The notes under the pieces: generated by a model | The model's input: the letters and a program-made list of their open reading frames with translations, nothing else | Told to the model about the DNA's origin: nothing | Database searches by the model: none | Position numbers and translations under genes: made by a program | Source of the DNA: Aeromicrobium sp. | Lineage (GTDB): Bacteria; Actinomycetota; Actinomycetes; Propionibacteriales; Nocardioidaceae | Direction: 5' to 3' | Assembly: GCA_046598255.1 (NCBI GenBank) | Contig: JBKJIW010000014.1 | Coordinates: 36,856 to 100,855 of the forward strand | Length of the DNA: 64,000 bases | Shown here: piece after piece, positions 50,989 to 61,161 of the stretch | Position numbering within the stretch: position 1 is the first letter of the stretch | How the letters are laid out: every line of letters begins with the position of its first letter

Positions 50989-51969
50989 ATGAGCCGGGTC
51001 GTCCTTGTCACAGGCGTTGCAGGTCGTTTCGCGTCCAAGGTGGCGCGCCGACTCGCCGATCTGGGGGAGGACGCGGGCATCGACAAGGTGGTCGGCATCG
51101 ACACCACGTTGCCCGACGCCGATCTCGGGCGGGTCAAGTTCGTCCGTGCCGACATCCGCACCCCGGTCGTGGGCAAGGTCATCGCGGTCGACGACGTCGA
51201 CACCGTGGTGCACCTGGACGTCAATCCGCCGCAGCGCGGTCGGGCCAGCGGCAAGGAGCTCACCGTCATCGGGACGATGCAGCTGCTCGCGGCGTGCCAA
51301 CGGTCGACCCGGGTCAGCAAGCTGGTCCTGGGGTCGTCGGCTGCCGTCTACGGCTCGTCGTCGCGTGACCCTGCGATGTTCAAGGAGTCGTTGCTGGCCC
51401 GCAACGGCGTCCGATCGGGCTTCCCCAAGGATGTCGTCGAGGTCGAGTCGTACGTGCGCGGCTTCGCCCGCCGGCGACCAGAGGTCCTGATCACGACGAT
51501 CCGGGCGGCCCAGGTGCTGCATCCGGAGGTCGACTCGCCGCTGCGCACCTACTTCAGCAACCCGGTGCTACCGACGGTGCTCGGCTTCGACCCCCGCCTG
51601 CAGTTCCTCGGGCTGGAGGACGCACTCGAGATCCTCACGCAGTCCGTCGTCCACGACCGGCCGGGCACCTTCAACGCCGCTGGTGACGGAGTCGTGCTGC
51701 TGAGCCAGGCAGCGCGGCGGCTGGGGCGTCCCCAGCTTCCGCTGCCGCCGATCGGATTCGCCGCCGCCGCTCGACGCCTCGTCCGTTCGATGGGTTCGGA
51801 CATCCCGCCCGACCTGCACCGGCTCCTGACCTACGGGCGGGCCATCGACACCACGGCCCTGCGGGAGATCTTCGGCTACGAGCTCACCCGTACGTCAGAA
51901 GAGGCATTCGAGGAGTTCAGGGCATCGGTTCGACCGGGCATCCTGTCGGTACTGGGAGGGCGTGCATGA
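50989..51969 (+). CDS. NAD-dependent epimerase/dehydratase
   Basis: VLVTGVAG, SSAAVYG and GFDPRLQF motifs; conserved position after bS22. Confidence 0.88.
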   Translation: MSRVVLVTGVAGRFASKVARRLADLGEDAGIDKVVGIDTTLPDADLGRVKFVRADIRTPVVGKVIAVDDVDTVVHLDVNPPQRGRASGKELTVIGTMQLLAACQRSTRVSKLVLGSSAAVYGSSSRDPAMFKESLLARNGVRSGFPKDVVEVESYVRGFARRRPEVLITTIRAAQVLHPEVDSPLRTYFSNPVLPTVLGFDPRLQFLGLEDALEILTQSVVHDRPGTFNAAGDGVVLLSQAARRLGRPQLPLPPIGFAAAARRLVRSMGSDIPPDLHRLLTYGRAIDTTALREIFGYELTRTSEEAFEEFRASVRPGILSVLGGRA

Positions 51970-53246
51970 GCGACGGGCGCAAGACCATCGGTTCTGGTGG
52001 CAAGCCGGGCCGGGGCAACGGGGAGCGCTCTCCCTCCGCAGCGGCCCGATCACTCGCGGGCGGCGCAGCTGCCGGCAAGCCGGTCGCCAAGAAGCCGGTC
52101 GCCAAGAAGCCGGTCGCCAAGGCTGCTGCGGTCGTCTCGACACCGCCTGCCAAGAAGGCGCCCGGGGCGAAGAAGGCCCCTGCGGGCACGAAGTCGCCCG
52201 CCGCCAAGAAGACAGCCTCCGCGACGACTCCACGAGCTGAGCAGAAGCCGCGTCTGCGGGCCGTCACCGACGAGGACGCCGCCGCTGCTGCCGCGGCGGT
52301 AGCCGAGGAGGCCGTTCGCCGCACCCGCACGGCCGGGGCCGCACCACTGTCTGCAGGCATCCCGATCGACGAGATCTTCGTGGCCCTGATCCAGGCGTCG
52401 CAGCGGGTGCTCGGCTCCGACTGGGAGTCGCGTCTGGCGCTGCTGCTGTCGACGGTCCGCAAGCGCCTCAGCGGCGACTACGAGATCGACGAGTTCGGTT
52501 TCGACCCGGAGATCGCGGCAGTCCTCTCGGCCGCTGTCGAGCCGATCGCCGAGAAGTGGTTCCGGCTCGAGGTCCGCGGCATCGAGAACATCCCCGAGGA
52601 GGGCGGCGCCCTGCTGGTCGCCAACCACTCCGGCACCGTGCCGCTCGACGGCCTGATCACCGGCTACGCGGTCAAGAAGTACGCCGGACGCAACCTGCGT
52701 CCGCTCGGCGCCGACCTCGTGTTCTCGCTGCCCATCGTGGGTCAGGTGGCCCGCAAGGTCGGTGCGACCCTCGCCTGCCAGGAGGACGCCGAACGCCTCC
52801 TCACCAGCGGGGAGCTCGCCGGCGTGTGGCCGGAGGGCTTCAAGGGCATCGGCAAGCCGTTCGCCGAACGCTACAAGCTTCAGCGTTTCGGGCGTGGCGG
52901 TTTCGTGTCGTCAGCGATGCGCGCCCAGGTGCCCATCGTCCCGGTGTCGATCGTCGGGGCGGAGGAGATCTACCCGCTCGTGGGCAACGTCCCGTCGGTG
53001 GCCCGGCTCCTCGGCCTGCCCTACCTGCCGATCACGCCGTTCTTCCCGCTGCTGGGCCCGCTCGGCATGGTGCCGCTGCCCAGCAAGTGGATCATCGAGT
53101 TCGGCGAGCCCGTCCGCACCGACGCGTACGAGCCGGAGGCCGCGGACGACCCGATGCTGCTGTTCAACGTCACCGACCAGGTGCGCGAGACGATCCAGCA
53201 GACCCTCTACCAGCTCTTGGTGGACCGAGGCAACGCGTTCTTCTGA
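51966..53246 (+). CDS. Lysophospholipid acyltransferase with Lys/Ala/Pro-rich N-terminus
   Basis: NHSGTVPLD, WPEGFKG and FGRGGF motifs. Confidence 0.9.
   Translation: MSDGRKTIGSGGKPGRGNGERSPSAAARSLAGGAAAGKPVAKKPVAKKPVAKAAAVVSTPPAKKAPGAKKAPAGTKSPAAKKTASATTPRAEQKPRLRAVTDEDAAAAAAAVAEEAVRRTRTAGAAPLSAGIPIDEIFVALIQASQRVLGSDWESRLALLLSTVRKRLSGDYEIDEFGFDPEIAAVLSAAVEPIAEKWFRLEVRGIENIPEEGGALLVANHSGTVPLDGLITGYAVKKYAGRNLRPLGADLVFSLPIVGQVARKVGATLACQEDAERLLTSGELAGVWPEGFKGIGKPFAERYKLQRFGRGGFVSSAMRAQVPIVPVSIVGAEEIYPLVGNVPSVARLLGLPYLPITPFFPLLGPLGMVPLPSKWIIEFGEPVRTDAYEPEAADDPMLLFNVTDQVRETIQQTLYQLLVDRGNAFF
52077..52121 (+). repeat. 3 x 15-bp in-frame tandem repeat (KPVAK)
   Basis: AAGCCGGTCGCCAAG occurs three times exactly. 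Confidence 0.9.
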
Positions 53247-53324
53247 GGCTGAGCGAGTGCAGCGAGCGAACGCCGAGGAATCCTAGCGAGCGCAGCGACG
53301 TGGAAGCAGACCGACCCGGTCGAC

Positions 53325-54404
53325 TCAGTTCTTGGGCGTGGTCCCGAGCAACCCGCCGAGCAGCCCGGGGATGAGGCCGACCTGCTCGTCGGTGCCGAGC
53401 AGCCCACCAAGCAGCGGGTCGGTCACGGTGCTCAGCGAGGGTGTCTTGACCGGGGTGGTGGGATCCGCCGAGGGGCTGGTCGGCGTCAGCGACGGAACAA
53501 CGGTGACGGGGGCCTTCGGTATCGTCACCGACGGCTTGGGTGTCGCCGCCGGCTTTTCCTTCACCGCGACGGCGGGCTGCTCGGTCGGCGCTGTGGCAGG
53601 TGCTGCCAGATCGGTGACGTCGCTGACCAGGTTGCCGAGGTCGACGTCACCGCAGGTGGGGCAGAGGCTGGCCGCGCCGCTGGTCATGGCCAGGACGACG
53701 TCGGTGGCCTCGCTAAACGACGGGGAAGCGTCCTCAGGAAGTGACGGCCTCAGCTCGGTGAGGTCGAGCACGGCCGATTGGGCGAAGGAGCTGACCGCCT
53801 GCATCGAACTGGACGATGGGTCGGCGCGGAAGGCGTCGTCCATCGCGGCCCACGCGTCGCCGGCGGTGGAGGCGAAGTCTGTGAGCACCTCGGACACCTG
53901 GTGCTGGGCTGCCTCGTCACCGAGCGACAGGGACTTCGCCTCGGCGAGACGCTCCGAGGCGCGGGCCAGCTGGAACTCTCCGCGCGAGGCGTCGTCGCGG
54001 TGGATGGCAAGCTGGACGTTCTCCATCCCGCGCTTGACCGGGTAGAGCATCTCGCCGGGAAGAGCCGACGCGCTGGAGCCGACGAGACCCACCGCTCCGG
54101 CAGAGGCGACCAGCGCAGCAGTGATGCTGGCCGCGCGGCGTCGGACGTCGCGATGGCTCGAGGTCGGGACCAGAGCGACCGGCTGACGGGGCACAGTCGG
54201 CATCTGGACGAGCGCGGTCTGCGCCTCGACCATGAGCTGGTCGCGCAGCGAGCTGCGGAACGCCATGGTGGGCTCGACGACGGCGACCTCGCACAGGTTC
54301 TCGGCGAAGCGGACCAGATCGGCGATGTGCCCGTCCCGAGGCGTGCGGCCGTTCCAGGCCTCCTCGAAGGACTGGGCATCGTCGTGCGAGCGACGGCCGA
54401 TCAT
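53325..54404 (-). CDS. DUF5667 membrane protein, RsbN-like anti-sigma candidate
   Basis: FRSSLRDQLM, a TM helix, ALPGEMLYPVKR and ASERLAEA; downstream of the ECF sigma gene. Confidence 0.78.
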   Translation of the reverse strand: MIGRRSHDDAQSFEEAWNGRTPRDGHIADLVRFAENLCEVAVVEPTMAFRSSLRDQLMVEAQTALVQMPTVPRQPVALVPTSSHRDVRRRAASITAALVASAGAVGLVGSSASALPGEMLYPVKRGMENVQLAIHRDDASRGEFQLARASERLAEAKSLSLGDEAAQHQVSEVLTDFASTAGDAWAAMDDAFRADPSSSSMQAVSSFAQSAVLDLTELRPSLPEDASPSFSEATDVVLAMTSGAASLCPTCGDVDLGNLVSDVTDLAAPATAPTEQPAVAVKEKPAATPKPSVTIPKAPVTVVPSLTPTSPSADPTTPVKTPSLSTVTDPLLGGLLGTDEQVGLIPGLLGGLLGTTPKN

Positions 54405-54446
54405 GGTGTCTTCCTGACTGCTGACGGTGTGGTGTTCCCACATGCA

Positions 54447-54475
54447 TCAACGAGGGCTGCGGCGGCGAAGTTACG
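54447..54475 (-). promoter_or_regulatory. BldN-type ECF promoter upstream of the anti-sigma gene
   Basis: CGTAAC-N17-CGTTGA on the minus strand matches the sigma-BldN hexamers. Confidence 0.72.
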
Positions 54476-54510
54476 GTCAGATGACGGGACGAAGGTCCTG
54501 AGGTGTCGTA

Positions 54511-55212
54511 TCATCGCGCATCTCCCGGAACCGACTTGGCCAGGCTGCGCACGGCACGGAGCTGGAGCTGCTTGATCGCACCCTCGCTGCGGCCCATGGC
54601 CGCGGCGGTCTGGGCGATCGACAGACCTTGGATGAAGCGCATCAGGATGCAGTCGCGCTGCTCGGTCGGCAGCGAGCTGACCGCCTCGAAGAGCATCTCG
54701 TTCGAGATCAGCGCCAGCACTTCCTGCTCGGGGCTCGGCGCGTGGGTCTTTCCCTCGGGAATCGTGTCGGACACGATCTCCAGACGCGAGCGGCTCGACT
54801 TGAAGTGGTCGGCGACGAGGTTGCGGGCGATGGTGGTGAGCCACGCGCCGAAGTCCTTGCCCTGCCAGTTGAACCGCTGGATGGCGCGCAGGCCGCGGAC
54901 GAACGTCTCGCTGGTCAGGTCCTCGGCGAGCTGCTGCGAGCCGACGCGGTAGTAGACGAAGCGGAAGACGCCCGACACGTAGTGCTCGTAGAGCTGCCCG
55001 AAGGCCTCGGCGTCACCCTGCTTGGCGAGGTCGACCAGCGCGCGCAGGCGGGTGGCCTGGGGGTCGTTGTCGTCCTGGGGCGAGTGCCCACCGGTGGAGG
55101 GTGCGTAGGCGGGGGAGTCGGAGATCGCGAGAGCGATCTGCAGCGACCCGTCGTGCGGGGTCGACAACGCATGCATCAGCGCCACACGCAACGCAAACAT
55201 GTCGGATCTCAC
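54511..55212 (-). CDS. ECF sigma factor, BldN/AdsA-like
   Basis: AFGQLY, AEDLTSETF, FNWQGKDFGAWLTTIARNLVADHFKSSRSRLE and EGAIKQLQ motifs; syntenic with the HAD and rex genes. Confidence 0.9.
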   Translation of the reverse strand: MRSDMFALRVALMHALSTPHDGSLQIALAISDSPAYAPSTGGHSPQDDNDPQATRLRALVDLAKQGDAEAFGQLYEHYVSGVFRFVYYRVGSQQLAEDLTSETFVRGLRAIQRFNWQGKDFGAWLTTIARNLVADHFKSSRSRLEIVSDTIPEGKTHAPSPEQEVLALISNEMLFEAVSSLPTEQRDCILMRFIQGLSIAQTAAAMGRSEGAIKQLQLRAVRSLAKSVPGDAR

Positions 55213-55258
55213 AGGCCCTCCCTGATTAGTGCGATCCTAATGCGTCACCGCGGAGATG

Positions 55259-56143
55259 TCAGCGACTTCTTTTTTTCTTTCGGCGCAGCGCATGCCACGT
55301 CCCGCCGGCGGCCGCGGCAGCCACCACTCCCTTGCCGCTGAAGACGGCGACCTTGCGCCCGGTGCGGTAGTCGCGAATGCGCCAGCCCTCGGACTTCGCG
55401 TGGGCACGCAGCGTCGAGTCGGGGTTGACTGCGCACGGGTGACCGACGAGGGACAGCATCGGAAGGTCGTTGCTGGAGTCGGAGTAGGCATAGCACTCAG
55501 CCAGGACGAGGCCCTCCCGCTGGGCGATCTCGCGCACGGCGACGGCCTTGCCCTCGCCGTGCAGCATGTCGCCCACCAGCTCCCCGGTGTAGACGCCGTC
55601 GATGTGCTCGGCGACGGTGCCGAGCGCACCGGTCAGGCCGAGACGGCGTGCGATGACCTGGGCGATCTCGACGGGGGCGGCAGTGATCAGCCAGACGCGC
55701 TGCCCGCGGTCGAGGTGCTGCTGGGCGATCGCCCGCGTGCCGGGCCAGATCTTGTCGGCCATCTGCTCGTCGAAGATCTCCTCACCGATCTCCTCGAGCT
55801 CGCTCACCTCGTGACCGGCGATGAACGCCAGGCCTGTCGCCCGGGCCTTCGCGATGTGCTCGGGGTCCTCGCTGCCGACCACGCGGAAGTACAGCTGCTG
55901 CCATGCCGCCTTGGCGATGTCGGCTGAGGTGAAGAATTTGCGGCGGTGCAGACCACGGGCGAGGTGGAAGATCGACGCACCCTGCATGATCGTGTTGTCG
56001 ACGTCGAAGAAGGCCGCGGCCGTGAGGTCGGGGGCGGCGGACATCTCGCTCTCGATCTGCGACGAGGCGGCTGCTGCCTGGCCCGCCAGAACCGAACGGG
56101 ACTGCAGATTCCGCTGTCGATCGGGTGTTCCGTCCCGTGCCAT
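55259..56143 (-). CDS. HAD-IB family hydrolase (SerB1-like)
   Basis: FFDVDNT, ITAAP, AYSDSSND and VNPD motifs. Confidence 0.9.
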   Translation of the reverse strand: MARDGTPDRQRNLQSRSVLAGQAAAASSQIESEMSAAPDLTAAAFFDVDNTIMQGASIFHLARGLHRRKFFTSADIAKAAWQQLYFRVVGSEDPEHIAKARATGLAFIAGHEVSELEEIGEEIFDEQMADKIWPGTRAIAQQHLDRGQRVWLITAAPVEIAQVIARRLGLTGALGTVAEHIDGVYTGELVGDMLHGEGKAVAVREIAQREGLVLAECYAYSDSSNDLPMLSLVGHPCAVNPDSTLRAHAKSEGWRIRDYRTGRKVAVFSGKGVVAAAAAGGTWHALRRKKKRSR

Positions 56144-56195
56144 GTACTGGAGCCTAACCCCCTCGGCGCCCGGTGGTCTGTGGTTGACTCGTGGG

Positions 56196-57770
56196 GTGAC
56201 AGTCAATGTCAGTGACTACCTGCGAGCTGCCGCCGCGAACGCCCCGGACCAGGTGGCCCTGATCGAGCACCGTCCCGAACGGCGCGCGGTCACGTGGCGG
56301 GAGTTCGACGACGCCGCCGACTCGGTCGCACGTGCGCTGTCGGGACGCGGGCTGGTGGCGGGGCAGCGGGTGGCCATCGTGATGGCCAACCGGATCGACC
56401 TGCCCATCGCCTACTACGGGATCCTGCGTGGCGGCATGGTCGCCGTGCCGATCAACCCGAGGTCCACGACCCGTGAGATCGGGCGGATGCTGGCTGACTC
56501 CCTGGCCCGCGTCGTGCTCTGTGACGAGGCCGGCGTCGTCCAGGTGCGCGAGGCCGTCACCGACGACCACCGGGTGGGCATCGTCGTCGACGGGGCCGAG
56601 CCCCAGGACGGCGAGACCTCGTTCGACGCCTTCCTCGCGGACGCCTCGGGAGCCGCCCCGGCGGCCCCGGCCGACGCAGAGGCGCTCGCGGTCGTCCTCT
56701 ACACGTCCGGCACCAGTGGCAAGCCGCGGGGGGCGATGCTGACCCACCGGGCTCTGATCGCCAACACCGAGCAGATCGCCCGGCTCGACCCACCGGCCAT
56801 GACGTCCAGCGACATCTGCCTCGGGCTCCTGCCGATGTTCCACATCTACGGGCTCAACTGCGTGCTCGGCCAGGCCGTGCGCCAGGGAGCGACCGTCGTG
56901 CTGGTCGACGGCTTCGACGCCACGGGGCTGCTCGATCGCATCCAGGCCGAGGGCGTCAGCAACCTGCCGCTCGCCCCTCCGGTCATCGCCGCCTGGGCCG
57001 GCCGCGACGACCTGCGCGACAAGCTCTCCAGCGTCACCACGATCCTGTCGGGTGCGTCCGCGCTCGACGGAGACCTCGCCGACGCCTTCAGGGAGTCCTC
57101 CGGGCACCAGATCGAGCAGGGCTACGGCTTGACCGAGACGGCCCCGGTCATCTCGACCACGCACGGGTCGCCGCGCGACACCGACAACCACATCAAGCAC
57201 GGCTCGGTCGGCCGGGCCCTGCCCGGCATCGAGCTGCGCATCGTCGAGGCCAGCGGCGCGGACGCCGCCCCCGGCGACCCGGCCGAGATCTGGGTGCGCG
57301 GCGGCAACCTGTTCTCGGGCTACTGGCCCGACGGCGTCGACGGCCCCGACGAGGACGGCTGGTACCCCACGGGTGACGTCGGCTTCCTCGACGACGACGG
57401 TGACCTGACCCTCGTCGACCGCCTGCGCGAGCTGGTCATCGTCTCCGGGTTCAACGTCTACCCGTTCGAGGTCGAGGACGTCATCGCGGAGGTGAACGGC
57501 GTCGCCCAGGTCGCCGTGGTCGGTCTGCCCGACGAGGAGACCGGCGAGGCCGTGTACGCATTCGTGGTGCCCGACAAGGACGCCGCCGGCGACGAGCAGA
57601 CGCTGCTGGAGGCGATCGACGCCCACTGTCGCACCCGGCTCGCCCGGTTCAAGCAGCCGCGGCGGGCCATCGTCGTGACGGGACTGCCGCACTCGGCTAC
57701 CGGCAAGGTCGCCAAGGGTCGCCTGAGAGCCCTGGCCCGCAGCGAGACCCTCGGCCTCGACAACCCGTGA
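56196..57770 (+). CDS. Long-chain acyl-CoA synthetase (AMP-binding)
   Basis: YTSGTSGKPRG, GYGLTET, TGD and SGFNVYP motifs. Confidence 0.9.
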   Translation: MTVNVSDYLRAAAANAPDQVALIEHRPERRAVTWREFDDAADSVARALSGRGLVAGQRVAIVMANRIDLPIAYYGILRGGMVAVPINPRSTTREIGRMLADSLARVVLCDEAGVVQVREAVTDDHRVGIVVDGAEPQDGETSFDAFLADASGAAPAAPADAEALAVVLYTSGTSGKPRGAMLTHRALIANTEQIARLDPPAMTSSDICLGLLPMFHIYGLNCVLGQAVRQGATVVLVDGFDATGLLDRIQAEGVSNLPLAPPVIAAWAGRDDLRDKLSSVTTILSGASALDGDLADAFRESSGHQIEQGYGLTETAPVISTTHGSPRDTDNHIKHGSVGRALPGIELRIVEASGADAAPGDPAEIWVRGGNLFSGYWPDGVDGPDEDGWYPTGDVGFLDDDGDLTLVDRLRELVIVSGFNVYPFEVEDVIAEVNGVAQVAVVGLPDEETGEAVYAFVVPDKDAAGDEQTLLEAIDAHCRTRLARFKQPRRAIVVTGLPHSATGKVAKGRLRALARSETLGLDNP

Positions 57771-58039
57771 GCCCGATCGCGCACGCCGGGGCGGCCCGCG
57801 TGGTGGTCTACACCCGTGAGGGGTGCCACCTGTGCGCGGTCGCGGAGGAGATCGTGGCCGAGACCTGCGCCGACACCGGCGACACGTGGGTGCGTGTCGA
57901 CATCGACGCCGACCCCGATCTGCGCGAACGGTTCACGGAGCAGGTGCCCGTGACCTTCGTCGACGGGGCCCAGCACGACTTCTGGCGGGTCGACCCGGCA
58001 CGCCTGAGAAGGGCCCTGTCCCGCCCCGCTGCAGTGTGA
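57767..58039 (+). CDS. Glutaredoxin-like protein (DUF836)
   Basis: YTREGCHLC, VPVTFVDG and HDFWRVD motifs. Confidence 0.88.
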   Translation: MSPIAHAGAARVVVYTREGCHLCAVAEEIVAETCADTGDTWVRVDIDADPDLRERFTEQVPVTFVDGAQHDFWRVDPARLRRALSRPAAV

Positions 58040-58065
58040 GATGTATCGGCATCGGCTGCTTGATT

Positions 58066-58083
58066 TGGTGAACACGTTCACAA
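58066..58083. promoter_or_regulatory. Rex operator (ROP)
   Basis: TGGTGAA-CACG-TTCACAA, one mismatch from TTGTGAA-N4-TTCACAA, upstream of rex-hem. Confidence 0.85.
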
Positions 58084-58156
58084 ACTCTTAAACTGTGTGT
58101 GCACCGGGTGCTCGTCCTTCACTGGATAATCCCCAGCATCGCGGCGCAGGAGCACA

Positions 58157-58846
58157 GTGACGATTCTTCGCAGCGCCCGGTTGGCCGACGGAAGTGCCCG
58201 TGGCATTCCCGATGCCACCGTGGCCCGCCTCCCCGTCTATCTGCGCGCGCTCAACGCGCTCGCCGAGCTGGGCGTGCTGTCGTGCTCGTCAAACGAGCTG
58301 GCCGAGAACGCCGGCGTCAACCCGGCCAAGCTGCGCAAGGACCTGTCCTACCTCGGCTCCTACGGGACCCGCGGGGTCGGCTACGACGTGGAGTACCTCC
58401 GCTACCAGATCGCCCGCGAGATGGGACAGACCCAGGACTGGGACGTCGTCATCGTCGGCGTCGGAAACCTCGGCTCGGCGCTGTCGGCCTACCAGGGGTT
58501 CAGCACGCGCGGCATCCGTGTCGCGGCGCTGGTCGACGCCGATCCGCAGCGGGTCGGCACCACGGTGTCCGGCATCGTCGTCAGCCCGCTCGACCAGCTC
58601 GAGCAGCTCGTCGCCGAGCGGCACATCTCGATCGGTGTCATCGCCACCCCCGGGACGGCCGCGCAGGCCGTCGCTGACCGCCTGGTGGCCGCCGGCATCA
58701 CCAGCATCCTCAACTTCGCACCGGCACTCGTGCAGGTGCCGGACGGGGTCGACGTCCGCAAGGTCGACCTCTCGATCGAGCTGCAGATCCTGGCCTACCA
58801 CCAGCAGCGCAAGACGAGCACGGACACCAAGGTGAGTGGAGCATGA
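58157..58846 (+). CDS. rex: Redox-sensing transcriptional repressor Rex
   Basis: RLPVYLR, RKDLSYLGSYGTRGVGY, GVGNLG and ILNFAP motifs. Confidence 0.96.
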   Translation: MTILRSARLADGSARGIPDATVARLPVYLRALNALAELGVLSCSSNELAENAGVNPAKLRKDLSYLGSYGTRGVGYDVEYLRYQIAREMGQTQDWDVVIVGVGNLGSALSAYQGFSTRGIRVAALVDADPQRVGTTVSGIVVSPLDQLEQLVAERHISIGVIATPGTAAQAVADRLVAAGITSILNFAPALVQVPDGVDVRKVDLSIELQILAYHQQRKTSTDTKVSGA

Positions 58847-58916
58847 GCATGCGAATCATCAAGGCGGCACTCATGCCGTTGCCTGCGAACAGTGCCCTTC
58901 CCACAGAGGTGACGGC

Positions 58917-58920
<4 letters not shown>
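58843..58920 (+). CDS. Candidate 25-aa bridging ORF between rex and hemA
   Basis: ATGA overlaps at both ends; MSMRIIKAALMPLPANSALPTEVTA. Confidence 0.4.
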
Positions 58921-60205
<1,285 letters not shown>

Positions 60206-60209
<4 letters not shown>

Positions 60210-61132
60210 CCACGACACTGCGCCTCGGCACCCGCGCCAGCACCCTCGCGGTGACCCAGTCGGGGCACATCGCCGACCGCCTGCGCGCCGAGCACGGCAT
60301 CGAGGTCGAGCTCGTCACGATCTCGACCGAGGGCGACCGCAACTCCGCCCCGCTGGCCTCGATGGGTGGCCAGGGCGTCTTCGTCGCCGCGCTGCGGGAG
60401 GCGGTCGTCCGCGGTGAGGTCGACTTCGCCGTCCACTCGCTCAAGGACCTGCCCACCGCGCCCGATCCCCGGCTGTCCCTGGCCGCGATCCCGCCGCGCA
60501 TCGACCCGCGGGACGTGCTCGTCGCGCGTGACGGCCTCACCCTGGGCGAGCTGCCCCAGGGCGCCCGCGTCGGCACCGGCTCCCCCCGTCGCGAGGCCCA
60601 GCTCAACGCCCTCGGGCTCGGGGTCGAGATCGTGCCGATCCGGGGCAACGTCGACACCCGCATCGCCAAGATCGCCTCGGGCGAGTACGACGGGGTGCTC
60701 CTCGCGCGCGCCGGTCTGCTGCGGCTCGGCCGATCCGACGAGGCGACCGAGGTCATCGATCCCCTGCAGATGCTTCCCGCCCCCGGGCAGGGAGCCCTGG
60801 CCTGTGAGTGCCGCGCCGATGACGACGCGACCATTCGCCTGCTCGAACGGCTCGACGACAGCGACACCCGCGCTGCCGTCACCGCCGAACGCAGCCTCCT
60901 CGCCACCCTTGAGGCAGGTTGCAGTGCACCCGTGGGAGCTCTGGCCGAGATCGCCGAAGGCGATGACGGCGACGAGCTCTGGCTTCGTGCCGTGGTCGGA
61001 GACATCTCCGGCTCTCCCACCATCCGACTGTCCGCGATCGGCTTGCCCTCCGAGGCCGCCGCGGTCGGTGAGCGTCTTGCTGTCGAGATGCTCGCCGAAG
61101 GCGCCGACACCCTCATCGCCGTCGCCTCCTGA
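60206..61132 (+). CDS. hemC: Hydroxymethylbilane synthase
   Basis: [23 protein letters not shown] and AGCSAPVG motifs. Confidence 0.96.
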
Positions 61133-61161
61133 CCCCCTGACAGACCGAGAAAAGGAACACA

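Noticed and set aside
55264-55281. T-rich tract
   Set aside because: It encodes the Lys-rich C-terminus (RRKKKRSR) of the HAD protein on the minus strand.
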